A stretch of 13,370 nt of DNA, from the IMG/VR virus record IMGVR_UViG_2909309443_000001; one strand, given 5' to 3'. Source of the stretch: a virus (Duplodnaviria > Heunggongvirae > Uroviricota > Caudoviricetes). The notes under the pieces were generated by a model that saw nothing but the letters and a program-made list of their open reading frames with translations, was not told the origin of the DNA and did not search any database. The translations under genes were made by a program, and so were the position numbers. Shown here one piece after another: positions 7,471-13,370 of the stretch. Positions within the stretch are counted from its first letter, which is position 1; each line of letters starts with the position of its first letter.

Positions 7471-7589
7471 CGTTTTCACCTTTTTCAGTATAAATTTGCA
7501 CACATTATTATTAGCAACATAATTATCAATAGTTAACACATGCAGATAAACAGCAATTTTACTATTATGCAACAAATTAAATCAGATGT
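7471..7589 (-). promoter_or_regulatory. AT-rich intergenic region between A and the cargo gene; putative cargo promoter and RBS
   Basis: About 119 bp of AT-rich DNA between the A stop (TAA, 7592-7590) and the cargo ATG. Contains TATACT and TTGATA hexamers on the minus strand and the GGTG RBS. No exact -35/-10 pair with ideal spacing was confirmed. Confidence 0.3.
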
Positions 7590-9872
7590 TTATTGCTCTG
7601 AATAACAATAAAACCAACTCCACTCATCAGCGACCGGATACGTAAATTTTTTCCCGTTGTAATTTACGATCGCGCCACGCGCCAGCGCCTCAAGCTCCCA
7701 TCGCTGCGGCCTGATACCGTTCTGAGCAAGGTCAACGCGGATACGGGTAATTTGCATTCTTTCCGACCGGGTCAGTCTGGCCGATGGCGCTATTTCATGC
7801 GGTTTTAACGGTCTTCCGTTTCTTTGCTGACGGTTTGGTCTTCTCAGGCCGTGTTTTAATGCGCCCCTGAGCGCCCTCACGACCTCCGGGTCATTCCATT
7901 CGATAACACCGTCATCAACCAGATTAAGCACTGCTGCGGCGTGCTCAGAAGGCGTGGGAGCCGGTAACGAAGTATCACCACCAGTGAGCTTTCCACAGTT
8001 ATTGACAGGACTCCGAGGCGCGGCGATGCCGCTTTTTAAAGTCAAAGGCTCAACGACCGGAACTTTCGGCACAATGCGCCAGTCCGTCGTTCTGGTGATA
8101 TGAATATGACGCGCGCCGAGATGCGGCGCGTAAATGCCGACCACTCTCTCGACTTCTTCCTCGTACTCGTTAACGTCATCCGACGGGCTACGGGCAACCC
8201 TGACAGTCTGACAATCGCGCGGGACATTTGCCCCACCCTGCGCGCTGATATACAACGCAAAATCACCACTGTCTGCAGCAGCGCGAGCAGCCTCGACGCG
8301 TTCGTCAAACTCATCAGCAATGCTGACGCCGCGAGGCAATTTGCGTAGTTCACGGTAAGCCCCCATTGTCGGCAGACCAACCGTTTTAAATTGCGGAATG
8401 CGCCACGTTGACGCCCATGCGGTAACAGCCGCAGCTGTGTCTTTCAGCGGCCTACCGGTATCATTATCGAGCTGACCATCCAGTGCATAGCCGTCGATGT
8501 TTTTTGAGATGTATTTCGCGATATATCCCGCAGCACCGCCCCGGTTAAGGTGTTTTGCCTGAAAACGGTTTCGCGCAGCTCCTCTTTCGTCGCCATCCTC
8601 TTTGAGCGCGTAGCGACGCATGATTTCAATAATCTGGTTACGCTGGCGTGGATTACAAAAAAGCATCATATGCCAGTGCGGCGTTCCGTCGTGGTGTGGC
8701 TCGACGACACGCAAACCGTAGACCTGTAAATCATTATCCTTGAATGCCGTGCGCATCAGGCTCCAGATATGGCAGAGATAACGCTGCGCATCCTTTGGAT
8801 TAAATGCCTCATCGTTCCAGCCGTGATTTAGCTGGACGGTTTTACTTTCGCCTTTTCCGACCTGACGTGTCGGGTGATACTTTGACGGCGCGGTAAGCGT
8901 GATAAACATCCCCACATCACCCTCTGCGGCGGCGTAACGCTCAATACCGGCAATGGTGTTCATCAGCTCCATCCGGCGAATTTCAGGATTAGAAATACTG
9001 CCCATCACCTTACTGATAAGGTCGATGCGTTCGCCGGTTTCCCTGTTTTCAAGGTCACACGATTTAAGAAATTCCAGATTTGCCTGGCGGCGTGCACGCA
9101 CATCACGAATGGCATGTTTACTGGCATAAGGTGAACGGTCTTTATTGACCTCCCCGACAGCAATCAGTAACGCCTCATGCCAGCGCATACGCTGGCCTTT
9201 AAGCTGACTAATCCACCACTCATCGTTAAACAGGCGGGCAATGGCAGAATATGCCTGCCTCGTGGTCATCTGTCCTTTACGGTATTTTTTCCAGTAGAGC
9301 GGGGAAATATTGAAAGCACGTGCAGCGCCAGCAACATGACCATAGAGGTGAGCCTGCGCCTCATCCGTAAACAGCGATTCTTTTTCGCCATGCGCATCCA
9401 CCCAGGCATCGCAGAGTTCCTCATACATAATGAAAAGCTGCGATGAGATACGGGCGGCAAACTTTTTCAGCTCCTTATCATTCATCCCCGGCAGACGCGC
9501 ATAATGGTCACGCTCTGCCAGAAACAGCAACGACGCGTCGGTGTTCATTTCATGGCGCTGATTCACGCGCTCAATGCGCGGCCATAAACGACGCTGAAAA
9601 GTGGATGTGAGGAAATAAAACCCGTGCACCGGGCTTTTATTGCGCCGGATGTAGTCATAGCGTGAAGTAAACAGCGAGCGCAAAAAGTAAGGCAGGCGGT
9701 TAATCGTGGATAAAACACCTTGCACCTGACGCATCTCGTCACGTGTAAGGGGTCTTTCGCGCCCGACGGCCTCGCGTGGCGCGTTCCATGCATAAGCACC
9801 GGTAAACGCCTTACCGGTGCCTGCAGCAAATGCTGACGGAGGGACAAAACGCCCGGAGGCTTTAACGGCCAT
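7590..9872 (-). CDS. A: Replication initiation endonuclease A (P2 gpA, rolling-circle initiator), ~760 aa
   Basis: First ATG at 9872-9870 gives MAVKASGRFVPPSAFAAGTGKAFTGAYAWNAPREAVGRERPLTRDEMRQVQGVL..., a length and N-terminus consistent with P2 A. The track's 774-aa version starts at a TTG. It follows orf83/B as in P2. Confidence 0.88.
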   Translation of the reverse strand: MAVKASGRFVPPSAFAAGTGKAFTGAYAWNAPREAVGRERPLTRDEMRQVQGVLSTINRLPYFLRSLFTSRYDYIRRNKSPVHGFYFLTSTFQRRLWPRIERVNQRHEMNTDASLLFLAERDHYARLPGMNDKELKKFAARISSQLFIMYEELCDAWVDAHGEKESLFTDEAQAHLYGHVAGAARAFNISPLYWKKYRKGQMTTRQAYSAIARLFNDEWWISQLKGQRMRWHEALLIAVGEVNKDRSPYASKHAIRDVRARRQANLEFLKSCDLENRETGERIDLISKVMGSISNPEIRRMELMNTIAGIERYAAAEGDVGMFITLTAPSKYHPTRQVGKGESKTVQLNHGWNDEAFNPKDAQRYLCHIWSLMRTAFKDNDLQVYGLRVVEPHHDGTPHWHMMLFCNPRQRNQIIEIMRRYALKEDGDERGAARNRFQAKHLNRGGAAGYIAKYISKNIDGYALDGQLDNDTGRPLKDTAAAVTAWASTWRIPQFKTVGLPTMGAYRELRKLPRGVSIADEFDERVEAARAAADSGDFALYISAQGGANVPRDCQTVRVARSPSDDVNEYEEEVERVVGIYAPHLGARHIHITRTTDWRIVPKVPVVEPLTLKSGIAAPRSPVNNCGKLTGGDTSLPAPTPSEHAAAVLNLVDDGVIEWNDPEVVRALRGALKHGLRRPNRQQRNGRPLKPHEIAPSARLTRSERMQITRIRVDLAQNGIRPQRWELEALARGAIVNYNGKKFTYPVADEWSWFYCYSEQ

Positions 9873-10137
9873 ATGAGCCAAAAGCCTCTGAACAACGCCT
9901 GCTGAGTTGCTCAACCTGCGCGTTTAAATCAGCAAAAGACTTTGCGCTTCCGGTCAGAATATCGTGATGCATCAGGCCGGAAACAAGCTGGCTTAATTTC
10001 GGGTAATAACCAACCACCGCCAGCCATTCCTGACCGGCGTTTTTACCGCTTTCCGCTCTCTTTTTCTCGTGGAGAATAAACTGGAAGCTGTCACTGGTAA
10101 CGACATAACGTTCGCCAATTTCAATACGAATACTCAT
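9862..10137 (-). CDS. Small hypothetical protein, P2 orf83-like (91 aa)
   Basis: ATG at 10137-10135 overlaps the stop of the upstream ORF (ATGA). Positioned directly upstream of A. Confidence 0.65.
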   Translation of the reverse strand: MSIRIEIGERYVVTSDSFQFILHEKKRAESGKNAGQEWLAVVGYYPKLSQLVSGLMHHDILTGSAKSFADLNAQVEQLSRRCSEAFGSYGR

Positions 10138-10358
10138 GCCGTTCTCCGGTAATGTTTGTTTTTTGCTTCAAAGACTGACTGACAGGAAACACAACGCGTG
10201 GCTGACGGATAAGCCGCACGACGGGCAGCAGGTATTGGCGCGTCACACTCTTCGCAAACCAGCGCAGAAGCACCGCAATGTTTTACCCTTGCCGCGTTAA
10301 TCTGGCGCTCCAGTAATTCAGCCTGTTGTTCCTGAATAAAATCTACGTTGTCCGGCAT
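10134..10358 (-). CDS. TraR/DksA-type C4 zinc-finger protein, P2 orf82-like (74 aa)
   Basis: Four cysteines arranged CxxxxxxxCxxC...CxxC (CGASALVCEEC...CVSC), typical of small phage TraR/DksA-family zinc-finger proteins. ATG at 10358-10356. Confidence 0.65.
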   Translation of the reverse strand: MPDNVDFIQEQQAELLERQINAARVKHCGASALVCEECDAPIPAARRAAYPSATRCVSCQSVFEAKNKHYRRTA

Positions 10359-10360
10359 TA

Positions 10361-10660
10361 TCAGTTCCTTTTATCGTTAAGTTTCCTGGATACATCAGCG
10401 CAATAACTGGCAAGTTCTGTCGTTAATTTTGTCAGTTCATCCACTGAGGAAATTTGCTTGTGGAATACAGCGCGTTTAACAAGTAAATTGACCACATCAG
10501 ACAGGAGGTTTAATTCATTCTGATAAATCGCGATAACAGATTCAGTGATGTCGCGTTTTTCTTTATCAAGACAAAGTTGAATAAGAGACAAATCGCCATT
10601 TTTCATAACGGCGATTTTTAAGGCGTTATTCAGTAATACAACTGAATGAGAACAGGACAT
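10361..10660 (-). CDS. Small hypothetical protein, P2 orf81-like (99 aa from ATG)
   Basis: The track's ORF starts at a TTG (10663). The next codon is ATG (10660-10658) and overlaps the stop of the upstream ORF (ATGA), suggesting translational coupling. Confidence 0.6.
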   Translation of the reverse strand: MSCSHSVVLLNNALKIAVMKNGDLSLIQLCLDKEKRDITESVIAIYQNELNLLSDVVNLLVKRAVFHKQISSVDELTKLTTELASYCADVSRKLNDKRN

Positions 10661-10884
10661 CAAAGTACCTCCCCGCGAGACAATCCGATATTGTGAAATT
10701 TTTCCGACTCCTGACTGAGCAGCTCGACTATCTCCACGCGGGATAACTCCGCCTTTGTGATGTGGCTAATCATGGCGTCAAGATGAGAAGAAAAGCGCGT
10801 CGCCGCGTCGGCCTGTGCTTCGGTTCTGGCCTGTTGCAGCAGTAATGCGTATTTACCGCACTGATTTTCAGAAACTGTATGCAT
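10660..10884 (-). CDS. Small hypothetical protein, P2 orf80-like (74 aa)
   Basis: ATG at 10884-10882 preceded by GGAGAAAGTC (GGAG about 8 nt upstream). Lies between B and the orf81-like gene as in P2. Confidence 0.6.
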   Translation of the reverse strand: MHTVSENQCGKYALLLQQARTEAQADAATRFSSHLDAMISHITKAELSRVEIVELLSQESEKFHNIGLSRGEVL

Positions 10885-10947
10885 GACTTTCTCCAGGCAA
10901 AAAGAAGCCCCGCACGATTAAGTGCGTTAAAAACTCTGGTTAATTAC

Positions 10948-11448
10948 TTAATGCAGATATTGCTCTGGTTTTACCGACGTCAGAATTGTCGGTGCATACT
11001 CAAACAGGCTGAATAATTCACGTAATGCACGGAATAAAGCATCACGCCAGTAACATGACTCTTCATTAATTCGCCAGTATGGCTGATTAAATTCTTTTTC
11101 AGTCAATCCGGCATGCATAAATAAAGTACGACGCTGACTGACTGTTAAAAAACTAATATATGCATACTCACTTGCGCCAACCTGACGGCGTTTTGAGAAT
11201 GCCCCACGCAGTTCATCAATTGCACAAACCAGCCGTTCACGTTCGACGTCGTTCATTTCTTCAAAACGCATCGTTGCGTGACGTTGTTTTAACTGCGCAT
11301 GAAAGCAAACTGTTAGCCGTTCGCGCTCCATCATCTGATTATAATAATCACATGTATCCTGCCAGCGAGGGACGGCAAGATGCTTACCAATTATCCGGCG
11401 CATAGCTGCTGGCTGTTTTTCGACGAGATTGAGCGTCATCACTGTCAT
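10948..11448 (-). CDS. B: Replication protein B (P2 gpB, helicase-loader-like), 166 aa
   Basis: 166-aa ORF, the same length as P2 B, beginning MTVMTLNLVEKQPAAMRRIIGKHLAVPRWQD.... Its ATG overlaps the stop of the preceding small ORF (ATGA). Confidence 0.85.
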   Translation of the reverse strand: MTVMTLNLVEKQPAAMRRIIGKHLAVPRWQDTCDYYNQMMERERLTVCFHAQLKQRHATMRFEEMNDVERERLVCAIDELRGAFSKRRQVGASEYAYISFLTVSQRRTLFMHAGLTEKEFNQPYWRINEESCYWRDALFRALRELFSLFEYAPTILTSVKPEQYLH

Positions 11449-11615
11449 TTCCAGACCCTCCGGCTTTTCAGAAAGGTCAGAGCCTTTTTTAACGGACTCT
11501 GTTTTTTGGTGCGGATAATGATTCCCTTGCGACCCTTCCCGTGGGTGATGGTGAAGTCAATCGCCCTGGGGCTTTCGTTACGCAATAACTGAGCAATACA
11601 ACGCGGCTCATTCAT
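11445..11615 (-). CDS. Small hypothetical protein, P2 orf78-like (56 aa from the internal ATG)
   Basis: ATG at 11615-11613 lies just after the cox stop. The track's longer version from 11642 would overlap the cox 3' end. Position matches the small ORF between cox and B in P2. Confidence 0.45.
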   Translation of the reverse strand: MNEPRCIAQLLRNESPRAIDFTITHGKGRKGIIIRTKKQSPLKKALTFLKSRRVWK

Positions 11616-11617
11616 AA

Positions 11618-11890
11618 TCACAACCCCATCCACAAAAGCCATGCATCACGCTGTTCAACCGGTCGGTTATAAAACGCCTCACGTACAGCGCGATTAAACT
11701 CAGGAATGAAAACCCATTTTTCACCGGCACGAGCCTTCGGTTTGCAAGGATCACGCAATTCAATAATTGGTAATTTATTTGCCTTCACCATTTCACTGAC
11801 GGCTGTCTTTGGCTTCCCTAATAAATCAGCAAATTTATCCACATGAACCGCATCAAGCGGATACTGAATCACATAATTTTCAGCGTCCAT
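11618..11890 (-). CDS. cox: Cox, excisionase and repressor of the lysogenic promoter (P2 Cox family), 90 aa
   Basis: ...ARAGEKWVFIPEFNRAVREAFYNRPVEQRDAWLLWMGL resembles the P2 Cox C-terminus as I recall it. ATG at 11890-11888 is preceded by GAGGGT about 9 nt upstream. It is divergent from C. Confidence 0.8.
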   Translation of the reverse strand: MDAENYVIQYPLDAVHVDKFADLLGKPKTAVSEMVKANKLPIIELRDPCKPKARAGEKWVFIPEFNRAVREAFYNRPVEQRDAWLLWMGL

Positions 11891-11905
11891 ATATGGTACC
11901 CTCAT

Positions 11906-12026
11906 AGGATCCAGCCCTTTCTAAACCACTCAAAACCGTTTAGACGCTGGTTTATTCTCAAATCAATGGAACCTATATAGGTTCCAGTTTTGAGGGAATT
12001 TAGTCCCTATATAGGCACCATGTCAA
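11906..12026. promoter_or_regulatory. Divergent early control region between cox and C (Pe/Pc promoters and operators)
   Basis: 121-bp intergenic region between divergent C and cox. Contains a perfect 18-bp palindrome GGAACCTATATAGGTTCC (11968-11985) and a second CCTATATAGG copy (12006-12015), each with a TATA-rich core suitable for -10 elements. Confidence 0.6.
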
Positions 12027-12320
12027 ATGAAATTAAGCGAAAAGATTAAGGCCTTGCGTGAGGCTGAAGGGCTAAGCCAATCAAAATTCTGTGAAATCAT
12101 AGAGTTACCGCTAAGCACACTTAAAAAATATGAAGGAGGAAACTTTGAACCCGGTGGCACAGCTTTGCTAAAAATCACTATGCATCCCACATTCCAAAAA
12201 TATGCTCTATGGCTTATGACAGATAAAACCGCGCCGGACGCAGGACAAATCGCACCGGCTCTCGCGCACATTGGGCCAGAGTCAACAGAGTCCAACCACT
12301 CCGCGAAAAGGATTGGCTAA
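12027..12320 (+). CDS. C: Immunity repressor C (P2 C family), 97 aa
   Basis: Small ORF divergent from cox and upstream of int, beginning MKLSEKIKALREAEGLSQSKFCEIIELPLSTLKKYEGG..., consistent with a small HTH repressor. The ...GQIAPALAH... segment resembles P2 C as I recall it. Confidence 0.8.
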   Translation: MKLSEKIKALREAEGLSQSKFCEIIELPLSTLKKYEGGNFEPGGTALLKITMHPTFQKYALWLMTDKTAPDAGQIAPALAHIGPESTESNHSAKRIG

Positions 12321-12389
12321 CTCTATATAAAGATTACATTTTCACCATTTGCTACCAAGATGGTGAATACAGCGCCGGAGGGCTTTCTT

Positions 12390-13370
12390 ATGGCAATTAA
12401 GAAGCTCGATGATGGTCGCTATGAAGTGGACATTAGACCTCGCGGTCGCGACGGAAAACGCATCCGCAGGAAATTCGAAAGAAAAGCTGAAGCACTAGCA
12501 TTTGAGCGATACACAATCGCCAATGCCAGTCAGAAAGAATGGGGAGGCCAGCGAGCAGACCGCCGGACTTTGAGTGAGTTGCTGGACATCTGGTGGAAAT
12601 ATCACGGGCAAAACCACGAGCATGGAACAAAAGAGTTTAATCATCTACTCAAAACCATCAGCGGCATAGGTGATATACCAGTGAGCAGGATGAGCAAAAG
12701 GGCTTTGATGGATTATCGTTCCATGCGACTACGTGATGGTATCAGTGCCGCAACGATAAACCGTGACATGTACCGATTATCCGGCATGTTCACAAAATTA
12801 ATTCAATTGGATGAATTTTCCGGGCAACACCCAATTCACGGACTGCCACCACTGGCGGAGGCCAACCCTGAAATGACGTTCCTGGAAAAAGCAGAAATCG
12901 AAAAACTGTTAAATGTTTTGGCTGGTGATGACTTACTTGTCGCGCTTTTATGTCTGAGCACTGGAGGAAGATGGACGGAAGTTGCCACGCTAAAACCAGC
13001 ACAGATTACAAATTGCAGGGTTACCTTCCTGAAAACCAAAAACGGTAAAAAGCGAACCGTGCCGATTTCTGAGGAACTGGAGAAAAAAGTTAAAGAGGAG
13101 GCCAGCGCCAAATTATTCAAAGTTGATTATGAGAAATTTTGCGGGATTTTACGCAGAGTGAAACCTGATATACCACCCAATCAGGCAACCCACATCCTGC
13201 GGCATACATTCGCAAGCCATTTCATGATGAATGGGGGCAATATAATCGCACTGCAACAGATTCTGGGACATGCGAGCATTCAGCAGACGATGGCCTATGC
13301 GCACCTTGCGCCTGACTATCTGCAAAATGCCGTCGCTCTGAATCCACTAAAGGGCGGAGTGACGTTATAA
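12390..13370 (+). CDS. int: Tyrosine integrase (P2 Int family), 326 aa from the second ATG
   Basis: MAIKKLDDGRYEVDIRPRGRDGKRIRRKF... matches the P2 integrase N-terminus as I recall it. C-terminal region has the HxLRHT...Y catalytic pattern (ATHILRHTFASHF...MAYAHLAP). GGAGGG lies 8 nt upstream of ATG 12390. An alternative ATG is at 12360. Stop TAA is at 13368-13370, the window end. Confidence 0.9.
   Translation: MAIKKLDDGRYEVDIRPRGRDGKRIRRKFERKAEALAFERYTIANASQKEWGGQRADRRTLSELLDIWWKYHGQNHEHGTKEFNHLLKTISGIGDIPVSRMSKRALMDYRSMRLRDGISAATINRDMYRLSGMFTKLIQLDEFSGQHPIHGLPPLAEANPEMTFLEKAEIEKLLNVLAGDDLLVALLCLSTGGRWTEVATLKPAQITNCRVTFLKTKNGKKRTVPISEELEKKVKEEASAKLFKVDYEKFCGILRRVKPDIPPNQATHILRHTFASHFMMNGGNIIALQQILGHASIQQTMAYAHLAPDYLQNAVALNPLKGGVTL

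Larger units (their letters stand above)
459..13370 (-). mobile_element. Defective P2-like prophage (internal Q-to-E deletion) with a cargo gene at the tin/old locus
   Basis: Gene order int-C / cox-B-A-cargo-cos-Q'/'E-T-U-D-ogr equals a P2 prophage map lacking Q(5')-P-O-N-M-L-lysis-R-S-V-W-J-I-H-G-FI-FII-E(5'). ogr and int are at opposite ends as in an integrated P2. att sites were not identified; the int-side att must lie beyond 13370. Confidence 0.8.

Noticed and set aside
7471-7575. 35-codon N-terminal extension of the cargo ORF
   Set aside because: The codon at 7575 is TTG, only 15 nt after the A stop, with no RBS. ATG 7470 has a GGTG RBS. The extension is kept only as an alternative.
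8042-9895. ORFs within A on either strand (8042..8380, 8100..8348, 8444..8629, 9177..9446, 9266..9460, 9563..9895)
   Set aside because: They are nested in or antisense to the A replication gene, with no independent start or RBS support.
12020-12049. Upstream ATG at 12020 (MSNEIKRKD*) as the C repressor start
   Set aside because: It is out of frame with the C ORF and terminates after 9 codons. The in-frame ATG at 12027 is used, though its RBS is weak, so the true start is not certain.
11160-13120. Antisense ORFs in B, C and int (11160..11405, 11380..11592, 12023..12295, 12433..12630, 12790..13002, 12836..13120)
   Set aside because: They overlap well-supported P2-family genes on the opposite strand and have no distinguishing features.
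1-13370. tRNA, rRNA, CRISPR arrays or IS elements
   Set aside because: No tandem repeat-spacer structure, no cloverleaf-like conserved tRNA features near the prophage ends, and no transposase-like ORF or terminal inverted repeats were seen by eye. A tRNAscan or IS search would be needed to exclude them formally.

Overview
The window is an internally deleted P2-like prophage remnant of about 13 kb, with one foreign AT-rich cargo gene as the main item of interest. Most genes are on the minus strand. From right to left: integrase (+) and C repressor (+), then on the minus strand cox, an orf78-like ORF, B, four small ORFs (orf80-83-like), replication protein A, a ~610-aa AT-rich cargo gene, the cos site, a 3' fragment of portal gene Q (on +, with its terminator) fused to the 3' part of E/E', then intact T, U, D and ogr. 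All capsid, lysis, baseplate, fibre, sheath and tube genes are missing. The cargo gene sits where P2 carries tin/old, a position reported as an anti-phage defence hotspot; it has no Walker A motif and ends with an Rx4H (HEPN-like) motif, so it is the best candidate for an undescribed defence/abortive-infection protein. Family assignments rest on recalled P2 protein sequences and gene sizes, not on a database search. No tRNA, rRNA or CRISPR array was seen.
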